64,000 nucleotides of DNA from a virus (lineage: Duplodnaviria; Caudoviricetes), in the IMG/VR virus record IMGVR_UViG_3300001765_000034, positions 20,150-84,149 of that record; one strand, 5' to 3'. This document shows positions 43,033 to 52,384 of this stretch, in pieces. The first letter of the stretch is position 1. Each line of letters opens with the position of its first letter. Both the position numbers and the translations under genes were made by a program. A model generated the notes under the pieces. The model did no database searches, was not told the DNA's origin, and saw nothing but the letters and a program-made list of their open reading frames with translations.

Positions 43033-44070
43033 TTATTTGATTCTTCCGAATTTTCTGTCAAGTCTTTCTTGTTTATTTTTTCTCCACTGATCTTTATTAT
43101 TTAAAGATTCATTTACGAACCCCTGAGCCATTTTGTAACCACCAGGTTTAATTTCCGGTTTCTTAAACATATCCTCTTTAACTTTAGGATCTGATTCGTT
43201 TTGTTGACCGGGTCTTGGTATTGTATTGGCTTTAGGTGCCGATGTGGGAGACATTGATCCTATTTTACTTGTATCAATATTTGCTGTTATCGGCTTTGGT
43301 GAATCAATATTTGCTACTGGGTTTGGAGTCTCAACATCATTTTTTGCTGGGGTTAATTTAGCTATAATTGCAGGTACATCTGTATCTGAAAATTGTTTAC
43401 TAAATTCAGGAGCCACTTGTGACAATTTTGCTTGTGTCTTTTTACCAAACATACCATCAGCTTTTAATCCAGCTGCTTGTTGTATCTTAGCAATTGAATC
43501 TGATTTACAACCGAATTTATTAATTCCACCTTGACACGGTACGTATGATGCTGTTTTTGCTACAGGGTCTTTTGTTGGTTCGTTTGTTGGTTGAGCTCCG
43601 CCACCACCAAGAAGACTTAGTAATTCTTTTTGTTTTGTTATACCTTTATAATTTACTTTTTCACCTTTTTTTGTGATATCGGCAACCAAATCGGTACCAT
43701 ATAATCTTTTATATTCACCCTTTACAACTTCAACAGCATCTTCACCATTGATTTTTCTTCCGCTAAGAGTTTTAATCTGATTAAGACTATTGGTCATTTC
43801 ACCCCCATTAGATCTGAGTAAACGTCCTTCCATATTTTTATGGAGATTTTTAACGGCTCTTGCTATTTCTCCGGGTCTAACATCTACTTTATTTTTTTGA
43901 CGATATCTATCAATAAGTTTTTTACCACCATAAGCTGCAGCCGCTGCTGGAGCTAAAAGTTGTTCTTGAATTTTTTCTTTATTTTCGGTTGCTGTTAACG
44001 ATTTGTCATAATACATTAATCCTTTGATTTTTTTTAATGACTCGTTTAACATTTCTTTGTTCTCTTCCAT
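43033..44070 (-). CDS. Late protein with peptidoglycan-binding-like segment
   Basis: IAKIQQAAGLKADGMFGKKT; late motif at 44083. Confidence 0.6.
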   Translation of the reverse strand: MEENKEMLNESLKKIKGLMYYDKSLTATENKEKIQEQLLAPAAAAAYGGKKLIDRYRQKNKVDVRPGEIARAVKNLHKNMEGRLLRSNGGEMTNSLNQIKTLSGRKINGEDAVEVVKGEYKRLYGTDLVADITKKGEKVNYKGITKQKELLSLLGGGGAQPTNEPTKDPVAKTASYVPCQGGINKFGCKSDSIAKIQQAAGLKADGMFGKKTQAKLSQVAPEFSKQFSDTDVPAIIAKLTPAKNDVETPNPVANIDSPKPITANIDTSKIGSMSPTSAPKANTIPRPGQQNESDPKVKEDMFKKPEIKPGGYKMAQGFVNESLNNKDQWRKNKQERLDRKFGRIK

Positions 44071-44092
44071 GATTTTGTTTTTTATAAATACA

Positions 44093-44359
44093 TTATTTTA
44101 AAGGATTTGCATGCCCTCTGGTTAATTTGCTTCCGACTACATCCGACCATTTTGATTTTGTGTCTACTTGGTTAGCTGGGCCTCTTGTAAGTTTACTCTC
44201 CCATTTTCCAGTTTCCGGGTACGATGGGTAGTCACTTGCTTTCTGGCTAGTTCCAACATCGGTACTACTTGATGTTGACGTATCATCCTGTTCACTAACC
44301 TCAGCGGTTTGTTTAATAATTAAATTTGCTAACTGTTTTTCGGATATCATATATCTCAT
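44093..44359 (-). CDS. Small late protein with internal repeat
   Basis: Start placed at ATG 44359; SKLTRGPAN and SKLTRGHAN repeats. Confidence 0.6.
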   Translation of the reverse strand: MRYMISEKQLANLIIKQTAEVSEQDDTSTSSSTDVGTSQKASDYPSYPETGKWESKLTRGPANQVDTKSKWSDVVGSKLTRGHANPLK

Positions 44360-44449
44360 CTCAATAAATATTGAAAAAAACATTAAATTGCATTGCCAAT
44401 CCAAATATTCTTTCTATATTTGTAGTGTCTAATTATAAAAACAAAAAAA

Positions 44450-45010
44450 ATGAAAAAATTAATTTATCTTTTACTGTTAGTTCCCTTCCTTTTTGGATGT
44501 GAAATTTATGAAGACGAAACCTATCCACAATTATCTGGACAATGGATATTGATGAATGTTGAACTCTCTAACGGTGGTAGTGTACCTGACGGCTCGTATC
44601 ATATTTTAAATGATACGGTTGTGGTTCAAGATTACACTCCTGTTGAAATTGATGGAGAAATAATTCATTTTAGTCAGTCGTATAACGACCCCAACACTAG
44701 GTGGTATGATAAATTTATTATCGATAAAACAGTTTGGGAATTTGAAAATAACATTGTCGGGATTCCGACGACCGTTAATGGACAAAGAGGTTATTATGAG
44801 TATTCATATTATGGTGTGAATAAAGATTTAATTTCGGGTGAATTTAGTGGAATAACAATCGATGATGGACATCGACATATTCAAATTGTTTCATGTGGGT
44901 TAGAAACAATTAAATTGTTATATCCGAGAGTTTGGACTATGTTTAGGATGAATACAAGTGTTGATTTCTTCTTTCAAGAAAGTATGGTTTTGACATTTAG
45001 AAGATTATAA
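44450..45010 (+). CDS. Bacteroidota-type lipoprotein
   Basis: MKKLIYLLLLVPFLFG-C lipobox followed by acidic EIYEDE; TATATTTG box at 44415. Confidence 0.75.
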   Translation: MKKLIYLLLLVPFLFGCEIYEDETYPQLSGQWILMNVELSNGGSVPDGSYHILNDTVVVQDYTPVEIDGEIIHFSQSYNDPNTRWYDKFIIDKTVWEFENNIVGIPTTVNGQRGYYEYSYYGVNKDLISGEFSGITIDDGHRHIQIVSCGLETIKLLYPRVWTMFRMNTSVDFFFQESMVLTFRRL

Positions 45011-45370
45011 TTAGTCATCATAAATTGTTGAGTCAATCTTAGCATACATTTTAATAAACTGTCCAGCTTTTGCATTTGCTTCATCTTCAATGGGACCACC
45101 TATATCGGGTGGTTTCACTTTTAATTTACCATCCTCCCATTGTTTATGATGGGTCAATTCATGAGCAATACTCCTCATAATATCAACAGTAAGTCTCGGT
45201 CCTCCAAATATTTTGACGATTTTATTCTCTTTGGAATAATCGTAATTTGCCGTGGTTTTCAATCCATCCCTTTTATCCAATATAGCAATAGTAGGAGGAT
45301 TTTTTATTTTCAATTCCTTTACAACGAATTTGGTAAACCCCGTCAATTTTTTCTTTTTAGAGTCTTCCAT
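45011..45370 (-). CDS. HExxH zinc-metallopeptidase-like protein
   Basis: SIAHELTHHKQ plus downstream EDEANAKAG. Confidence 0.55.
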   Translation of the reverse strand: MEDSKKKKLTGFTKFVVKELKIKNPPTIAILDKRDGLKTTANYDYSKENKIVKIFGGPRLTVDIMRSIAHELTHHKQWEDGKLKVKPPDIGGPIEDEANAKAGQFIKMYAKIDSTIYDD

Positions 45371-46147
45371 CTATGCTAAATTTGTTTGAACTTTTAATGG
45401 ATCAACCGATGTTCCATTAACTACGATCTCATAATGTAAATGTGGACCAGTAGAAACACCTTGATATGGATCATTTTCACCTCCGCCAGTATAACCAATG
45501 ATTTGTCCTTTTTTTACTTTATCACCTTTTTTAACCTTCCAACTTCTTAAATGACAATATTTGGTATCCATTTCTTTACTGTGATTTAACCGAACATGTC
45601 CACCACAACCATTTGGGCTAGTATCTTCAGCGCGAACCACCACGCCATCCAATGGGGCGTATATAGGACTTCCTGAACGAGCATCAAAGTCAACCGCTCT
45701 ATGAAATTTAGTAGCTTTAGGTTCACCTTTAATATTTCTATTTCCAAAAAGACTGGAAATTTTAACTTTACGACCCAATGGGTGTAACATTTCTCCGGGT
45801 TTTATGGAGAGTTCTAAGTTTTTAAAAACATCACCAGCACCTGTGGCCGCTGTCGGGTTTTTAATTGACGACATAAATTTAGAAAGATTAGGAGCTGTTT
45901 TTTCTATATCAATATCATTAAATCTTGCAGCTATCTCAGGAGACAATTCAGTTGGAGATTCCCCACCTGTTTGTTGTTTTATAGCCCAGTTTGCAACATC
46001 AGGTCCTACATCTGTAACAATGTTTGCAGCCTTTTCAGCCCCCCACTGACTGAGTGAGTTTAATTTCTCGCCAGCATAATTTTTGACTCCAGATTTCCAA
46101 TCTTCAAATAAAAATTGGGCTTGTGATTCAGTGATGATTAGTTTCAT
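45371..46147 (-). CDS. M23 family peptidase
   Basis: FHRAVD, YAPLDGVV, YCHL, STGPHLHYE motifs; start placed at ATG 46147. Confidence 0.9.
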   Translation of the reverse strand: MKLIITESQAQFLFEDWKSGVKNYAGEKLNSLSQWGAEKAANIVTDVGPDVANWAIKQQTGGESPTELSPEIAARFNDIDIEKTAPNLSKFMSSIKNPTAATGAGDVFKNLELSIKPGEMLHPLGRKVKISSLFGNRNIKGEPKATKFHRAVDFDARSGSPIYAPLDGVVVRAEDTSPNGCGGHVRLNHSKEMDTKYCHLRSWKVKKGDKVKKGQIIGYTGGGENDPYQGVSTGPHLHYEIVVNGTSVDPLKVQTNLA

Positions 46148-46195
46148 ATACCTATAAATATATCTTATATTAGGTTTTAGATATTTATATAGCAA

Positions 46196-46492
46196 ATGTC
46201 AATCAATTTTTTACTTCAGGCCACGCGTATTATTCATATTGGTAATTATGATGATACTGAAACTCGAATGATCTATGATTATTTAAGAAACCTTGACTAT
46301 GACACTTTAAATGATTATTTTATAACAAATTCAGTTTTGAACTACAATAATGATTTGGAGTTATACGTCGAGGTCATCGATAAAATGATAAAGATTTTAG
46401 AGAATGAGGAGGAGTATGAAAAATGCCAAGTTTTATTTAATAAAAAAGAAGTGTCATTAGACATAATGAAAAATGTAAAAGAAAAAGTATGA
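46196..46492 (+). CDS. Hypothetical protein with UVR-like motif
   Basis: LENEEEYEKCQVL; late motif at 46182. Confidence 0.65.
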   Translation: MSINFLLQATRIIHIGNYDDTETRMIYDYLRNLDYDTLNDYFITNSVLNYNNDLELYVEVIDKMIKILENEEEYEKCQVLFNKKEVSLDIMKNVKEKV

Positions 46493-46626
46493 GACCATTT
46501 AACATGTCAGACGAGGAAAAAGAAGCTCTCCTTAAACAACATAAAGCAGCGGTAAAAGATGCTAACGATAAAAGAGAAACATTAAAAACCGGGATAACTG
46601 TTCCCGAAAAGAATAAAAAGAAATAA
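46489..46626 (+). CDS. Small basic protein (45 aa)
   Basis: ATGA overlap with the previous stop; MRPFNMSDEEKEALLKQHK. Confidence 0.55.
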   Translation: MRPFNMSDEEKEALLKQHKAAVKDANDKRETLKTGITVPEKNKKK

Positions 46627-46627
46627 A

Positions 46628-48331
46628 TTAGTTTTCTCTTCTTTCTTCAGGCTTATACCACAATATTCTATCATGCCATATTGGTGAAGCAAGTAATACA
46701 GCAGAATGTATTTTTCCTTCTTTAGTTATTTGATGTACGTGTGAACTCCATGTTTGTTCATATGGATGATCCCATTTAGTGTCGATAAAGATTTTCTTAT
46801 TTCCTTCTTTTGACACAATCATTGGCCAATTACAATAATTAACTTCTCCTGAGATATAAGCAACCCCATCCTGAATTTTTATGTAATCATATTTGGCTGG
46901 GGGAGAGTTAGGATCCAAACCATTTACGGGTAGCTTATCGTAATCTGGCCAGTCCCGGGTACGGATGTGTTGAGGAACATTATACCATGGAAGAGCCTTA
47001 TCGTTATCAAAATAGACTTCGGTAAATGATACTTTTAAGAAATCAAATTTTTCTTTCATTATAATTTTATGAAGAATATCATATAAATTAGGAATATATT
47101 TTCGAAAACCATTTCTACAAAATTGTCCTTCCAATTCGTTAGAATTAATAGTCATATCATCCTCAAAGAAAAACATATAATCGGCATCAGATTCGTGGAA
47201 ATGTTCTGCAGCCTTCTGTCGTCCCCCACATATGCCAGTATTTTTATTCATCAGAATATATTCCATATTATATTCTCCTGCAATCTTTTCATTTTCTGTT
47301 TTGGCAATTTCATCGGTTGAATTATCAATTAGTACCAAGTGAGGTTTCTCTAACCATTCTGGAACTTTTTTCATCGATTCTATTGTATGTAATAATTGTT
47401 TAGGAAAATTAAAGGTTAAAATATATAGGTTTGTTTTAATCTTCGCCAGATCTCTATGGGTGATTGATAGAATTTTCTTTTTTACTGGTATCGGCTCAAT
47501 GGGAACATCCTCATTCAATAGAGACTCAATGAATTTTACAACAAATCCGTTCTCATCTAAAGCATATCTGTCATAAATGTGGGGCTCTTTATATGACATA
47601 ATTGTAAATATACTTTCTTCAGTACCCATATAACCATCATTTAAGGTTCGTTGGAGGGTGGAGTAATAGGTAGAGTTCGCTTGATTAATAATCTCCTTTT
47701 TACCACCAAATAAACCACCTCTGCAAACGTATTTAACTTCATCACCAGCATATTTTTTCATTCCAAGGTAGTCAAACCCATGAATCTCACTTTGAGTTTC
47801 ATATGGGTAAGATAAAAACAAAAAACTATTTAAGTGTGGCACTATCCTATCAAATGCACGTTTCTCCGTAAGAAGATTAGCGTTAACCGTGTTAGTGATG
47901 CCAGCATCTAGCCAAACAAAATATTCTGTATTAAACGGATTCCAAATTGTTGCATCGTTAACTAAAAACATTTTGGATTGTACAACTACATTATAATATT
48001 CTAAAGTTGCTTGAGGACTGTTTTTTAACCATCCGTGTTCACCCGTTATATTATGCCAACTTGGATTAGTACGAATTTCTTGGGTTTTTTCAAAGAAAGG
48101 GGAATATAATGTTTTTAAATAATCTAAATCGGCAATTTTCACATATGTGTTTTCTTTATCTCTTTTTTCCCATACCACATATTCATACTCTTTAGGAATG
48201 TATATGAACATATTAACCGGAATATCTAAAAACCTTTTAAAGTTTTCAATGTAATGTTCTTTAAAATCTCTGCCTGGTCGATTAAGATCCCATAATCCAG
48301 TTACAATTGTTAAATCTTTACTTACTTTCAT
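46628..48331 (-). CDS. HtrL/WlaTC-like protein fused to a GT-A domain
   Basis: TIVTGLWDL, VWLDAG, GGLFGG, GTEESIFT; C-terminal FFEDDM. Confidence 0.65.
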   Translation of the reverse strand: MKVSKDLTIVTGLWDLNRPGRDFKEHYIENFKRFLDIPVNMFIYIPKEYEYVVWEKRDKENTYVKIADLDYLKTLYSPFFEKTQEIRTNPSWHNITGEHGWLKNSPQATLEYYNVVVQSKMFLVNDATIWNPFNTEYFVWLDAGITNTVNANLLTEKRAFDRIVPHLNSFLFLSYPYETQSEIHGFDYLGMKKYAGDEVKYVCRGGLFGGKKEIINQANSTYYSTLQRTLNDGYMGTEESIFTIMSYKEPHIYDRYALDENGFVVKFIESLLNEDVPIEPIPVKKKILSITHRDLAKIKTNLYILTFNFPKQLLHTIESMKKVPEWLEKPHLVLIDNSTDEIAKTENEKIAGEYNMEYILMNKNTGICGGRQKAAEHFHESDADYMFFFEDDMTINSNELEGQFCRNGFRKYIPNLYDILHKIIMKEKFDFLKVSFTEVYFDNDKALPWYNVPQHIRTRDWPDYDKLPVNGLDPNSPPAKYDYIKIQDGVAYISGEVNYCNWPMIVSKEGNKKIFIDTKWDHPYEQTWSSHVHQITKEGKIHSAVLLASPIWHDRILWYKPEERREN

Positions 48332-48332
48332 A

Positions 48333-48953
48333 TTATTTTTTTCTTTTACATACCCATACGACTTTCTTAAATTCGTCCGACATAAAGGGTTCTAAATTAT
48401 GTTTTACAACTGAATTTTCAATATCACTATCTTGGATTTCCATCCAATTCCATATTTTATTATGAATATATTGATTAAAGTATTCTTCATTTGGAGAGTA
48501 ATCATGTGCCATAATAATATCTCCCGATTTTAGATGTTCCGATAATATTACAAATTCATTCTTTTTACTCCCACCATCACACATCACAATTGTACGTCCA
48601 GGACGTTGAATATATTCAACTATCTCATCCCTGTTTTCATTATTTAATTCAAAATAGGAGTGAGTGAAAACATTTTTAATTATCAATTCAATGTTTCCAC
48701 CATTTTTAATTCTATCTTCAAGCCAATATCTATTTGTTTCAATAACATCATATGAACGTAATGTTGTGATGGGAAGGTTAACCTTATCTAAAATATCTCT
48801 TATTAACAAAGTTAAACCCCCGTAAGATGTTCCTATTTCTAAGATTTGAGATGGCGAAGTTTCTAAAAATAATTGAGTCAGAGTTTCACTGATGTTTTCA
48901 TGTTGCATTGTTGTGGTTCCGTCATATGTGAACCATCCTGATATATTTTTCAT
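48333..48953 (-). CDS. Class I SAM-dependent methyltransferase-like (CmcI-like)
   Basis: ILEIGTSYGG, CDGG, IMAHD. Confidence 0.7.
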   Translation of the reverse strand: MKNISGWFTYDGTTTMQHENISETLTQLFLETSPSQILEIGTSYGGLTLLIRDILDKVNLPITTLRSYDVIETNRYWLEDRIKNGGNIELIIKNVFTHSYFELNNENRDEIVEYIQRPGRTIVMCDGGSKKNEFVILSEHLKSGDIIMAHDYSPNEEYFNQYIHNKIWNWMEIQDSDIENSVVKHNLEPFMSDEFKKVVWVCKRKK

Positions 48954-49681
48954 ATTTTGTTAATTAAATTTAAGTTGAATGATGAGTTATCGTGAATTAA
49001 ATACGGATAAGTACCAAATTTAGTTTTTATATGCCCATCAACATTAGAATAATATGTCTCATCCAAATATGCCGTTGAAAAGAAATATTTACATTCTTTA
49101 TCGGCATTAAGTCTGTTAATTGCCAGATTGTAATATTGCCACACACCCTGATCGTCATTGAAGTTAATGGACGATGATAAGCATAAATCGCTTAATTTTT
49201 CTAGATACTCATAGAAAACCTCAGTCTTACTTATAATAGCCCCAGAATTTATATATTCAAATTCCTTTTCTTCCAATGGTTCATTCACCCAAACTCGGAC
49301 GTGCTCAATGATAGGCCAACATTTCTTTTCTGTTGATATAATAAGATCATCACCAGTACGAACAAACTCATCCATCATTTCGATGAAACTTCTGGTGAAT
49401 TTCGTATCCATAAAATCAATATGTGCAACATAATTATATTTACCCAAAATATTATCTTTGATAAAATCTTTAAGACGGAATATCTTTCCATATACCAAAT
49501 CTTTTCTACCCGATTCCCCAACAGATAAGTGGTCAACATGCCACGGGTCGAAATCGTTGGAAAAATTCACATATAAATCCTCAATTTCTCCATCATAATT
49601 GAACTTTCTTTTTACATATTCCATTGTTGGATATGGACACCCCATACAGTAATAAGTAGATACTAGCGCGTATTTTTTCAT
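48950..49681 (-). CDS. PLOD-type glycosyltransferase-like protein
   Basis: ISTEKKCWP, YINSGAI, DDQGVW, HDN motifs. Confidence 0.6.
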   Translation of the reverse strand: MKKYALVSTYYCMGCPYPTMEYVKRKFNYDGEIEDLYVNFSNDFDPWHVDHLSVGESGRKDLVYGKIFRLKDFIKDNILGKYNYVAHIDFMDTKFTRSFIEMMDEFVRTGDDLIISTEKKCWPIIEHVRVWVNEPLEEKEFEYINSGAIISKTEVFYEYLEKLSDLCLSSSINFNDDQGVWQYYNLAINRLNADKECKYFFSTAYLDETYYSNVDGHIKTKFGTYPYLIHDNSSFNLNLINKI

Positions 49682-49705
49682 ATTTATATTTTTTAAAAAT
49701 GTTTT

Positions 49706-50425
49706 TCAATCTCTTTCATTCAGATTAAATTTATAAATAAATCTATGGCTCCCCCAATCCCAACCATTATCGTGGACAAACATTGGAAATTGGTAATCCA
49801 CATAGTCCTTATAATATCTGTCAAATGAAGAGAAAAACAATTTGTTTTCCTTATCTATAATAATTTCTGGAGTTAATCTACTCATATAATGAAATGTAAA
49901 CACTCCCTGATCCCCGCCAAACGACTTTAAATTTTTTAACATTACTTCACCTATTACGGTTTTATAAAATTTAACCGCCGTGTCCTTCTTAATCAAAAAT
50001 AAGCCCGCGTTTAGAAAATGTTTTTTATTGTAGTGTTCTTTGTCATAATCTATCCCACCCCAATCACTATAACTGGATGGATAACGATTAGCTTCTGATG
50101 AGAATAATATCGGCACGGTCGGGGTTATCGTGTTAATATCACCCATACAAACCACATCAAACGCATCTGAAAAAATATAATATTCACATTCAATTTCATT
50201 TAATCTATCTTTCATTAGATGGATTTTATATAAAAGGAATTCATATTGATATCCAAATCTATTTTTAAAATTCTCCTCTTCTTTTTTATAATTGTTTCGG
50301 TTATAATGAAAATGGATAAAGTTTTTTTCGTCGTTATGTTTAATAAATGATTTGTAAAGAAACGTATCTTTAATCTTCTCAACATTGTCGTCGTATGCCC
50401 AAGTAACTGTAACTAATTTTATCAT
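49706..50425 (-). CDS. PLOD-type glycosyltransferase-like protein (paralog)
   Basis: FSDAFDV, FSSEAN, FLNAGLF, GDQGVF, HDNG; start placed at ATG 50425. Confidence 0.6.
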   Translation of the reverse strand: MIKLVTVTWAYDDNVEKIKDTFLYKSFIKHNDEKNFIHFHYNRNNYKKEEENFKNRFGYQYEFLLYKIHLMKDRLNEIECEYYIFSDAFDVVCMGDINTITPTVPILFSSEANRYPSSYSDWGGIDYDKEHYNKKHFLNAGLFLIKKDTAVKFYKTVIGEVMLKNLKSFGGDQGVFTFHYMSRLTPEIIIDKENKLFFSSFDRYYKDYVDYQFPMFVHDNGWDWGSHRFIYKFNLNERD

Positions 50426-51123
50426 TTTTGCAGGTGGTTTAAAGGGATCCAATTTTCTAATGTGGTTTCAAATCCCCATAAATTGGAAAAAGAATTATAT
50501 TGTGTTGTAAAGGATTCTTCATAACATAATGCAATGTATTCGGTTGGGAAGTCATTTAACGGTTGTTCGGATTGATAAAAATTAAATGAATTAGGGTTTG
50601 CCGCCATCTCATAACCATAGGCAAATAAACATAACATTTCGTCTGGATTCAGATTGTTCCAATTGTCAACAAAATTTGTTAAAACACCTTCAGCCATTTT
50701 CCTTTTAATGATATATGACTGTGCATATGAGGGTGAGGACGATTGGTAACATTTACCTTTATATGATAGCGGTGGTTTCCTGTTTATACCTCCGAGCCAG
50801 AATAAATCCCACTCAACATCATATATTTCCTTAAAAATTTCAGATGTATTTACTTTAATTATTGGTAAAAAAAGACAATCATCTTCTAAAATTAATAATG
50901 TTTCAGCATCCGTATCAAGAAATTTTCGATAAATATCAAATGTTGTGTTTATTAGATTTAATTGCGGACAATTAGTTTCACATCTAGCAGAATATCTTTC
51001 AATCCCGGTAATGTTGAACTCTTTCAACCCTTTAAGTAATTTTTCATTTCTATCAGTTCGACTATCAAGGTTTATATAAAACCCAATATCGGCCATTTTT
51101 ACATCCTCAATTTTTACCATCAT
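50422..51123 (-). CDS. Glycosyltransferase family 25-like
   Basis: FYINLDSRTDR, LILEDD. Confidence 0.7.
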   Translation of the reverse strand: MMVKIEDVKMADIGFYINLDSRTDRNEKLLKGLKEFNITGIERYSARCETNCPQLNLINTTFDIYRKFLDTDAETLLILEDDCLFLPIIKVNTSEIFKEIYDVEWDLFWLGGINRKPPLSYKGKCYQSSSPSYAQSYIIKRKMAEGVLTNFVDNWNNLNPDEMLCLFAYGYEMAANPNSFNFYQSEQPLNDFPTEYIALCYEESFTTQYNSFSNLWGFETTLENWIPLNHLQK

Positions 51124-52381
51124 TTATATTAAATTCAACCCTCTCAGCCCAGCCCCGTGTCGGGCTATAACCCCAACAAACCAATCTGGACGGATTTTTA
51201 TCTGTAAGAAACATTTTTTCATAATGAATTGGTGTACCCTTTTCCATAAATACCTTTAATCTAAAATCGTTTATCGATTCTGTCTCAATTCCAATACCGT
51301 TTTCATCATCAAAAGCAACTAATATACTATCGTAATCATCGCCAGGTAATTGGTTCCTCTCTATATTAACTAGGTGATAAAATGAAAACATAAACGAATT
51401 TTCCCATTCTTCATCATTTTCAATTAGTGGGTTTGGTGGGAATTTATGGTCTGTTGTCCATTTTTGAAATGATCTCTTCTTAAAATGTATTCCAGCGTAT
51501 TTCTCGTAATCTCTTACCGTTCTAACAGTACCAAGTTCATATCCGCTTAAATCATGTCCATTGTTCTCAACACCCAATAGTTGGCGAATTCTCGATCTAG
51601 CAATATCTTGAGTTTTCCAGAATGAAGTGTCACCTCTTTTACTCTGATCGTCCCATACTAACATTCCATCTCTTTCGGTTCTCATTGTTGCGTGCCATAT
51701 AATACATCGGTGTGGGTGAAATAAATCATACCCGTGAGTAAAAGAACGAACAGTTAGGTTTAATTCCTCTCCACTAAAAAAGATGTTTGGATCGTGTCTA
51801 ACCTCTTTTGCCCATTTGTTCGGACCGAATGCGAAATGTCCAGATAAAAATCTAGCTGGAAATGGTTTTGTGAGTTGTTTCCAATTTGGTATTCCACAAG
51901 GTCGAATAAAAATAGTTCCAAATGGATAGAAACTGGCAGCTTCAGATAACCAAGGTTCCATTACCCTTGCCTTAGGGTCGTCAAAAGGATCGTAATAGGG
52001 TAAATAACCACAAATAAGAGGATTATAACCTTCATCTTGTAGATTATGATACCAATCTATTAACGTTACATCCCATCCATCTGCAAATCTGTGGTGGGAA
52101 TCTAATTGACACACAAAATCTTCATCAGTTAAAAGTTGTTCGTTGATAATGGCTCTAGCGTATGGTAATCCCTTTGCTTCGGTGAATAACATATTATGTA
52201 TTTTAAACCTGGGGTCATCTTTGTATTCATCAAGATTATCAAATTTATCCTCCGGATTATATTGTCGACAGATTCCGAAATGAATTCTGTCCGGATGAGT
52301 TGCATTTTCCAAAGCACTTTTAATTGTCGGTATTAATTCTGGTTCCCTATACGCGGGAAGATGTACTAAAATTGTTTCCAT
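51107..52381 (-). CDS. Gnt1/Skp1-type GlcNAc transferase-like protein
   Basis: LPAYREPEL, QLDSHHRF, FLSGHFAFG, FSGEE, GYDLFHP. Confidence 0.7.
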   Translation of the reverse strand: METILVHLPAYREPELIPTIKSALENATHPDRIHFGICRQYNPEDKFDNLDEYKDDPRFKIHNMLFTEAKGLPYARAIINEQLLTDEDFVCQLDSHHRFADGWDVTLIDWYHNLQDEGYNPLICGYLPYYDPFDDPKARVMEPWLSEAASFYPFGTIFIRPCGIPNWKQLTKPFPARFLSGHFAFGPNKWAKEVRHDPNIFFSGEELNLTVRSFTHGYDLFHPHRCIIWHATMRTERDGMLVWDDQSKRGDTSFWKTQDIARSRIRQLLGVENNGHDLSGYELGTVRTVRDYEKYAGIHFKKRSFQKWTTDHKFPPNPLIENDEEWENSFMFSFYHLVNIERNQLPGDDYDSILVAFDDENGIGIETESINDFRLKVFMEKGTPIHYEKMFLTDKNPSRLVCWGYSPTRGWAERVEFNINDGKN

Positions 52382-52384
52382 ATT

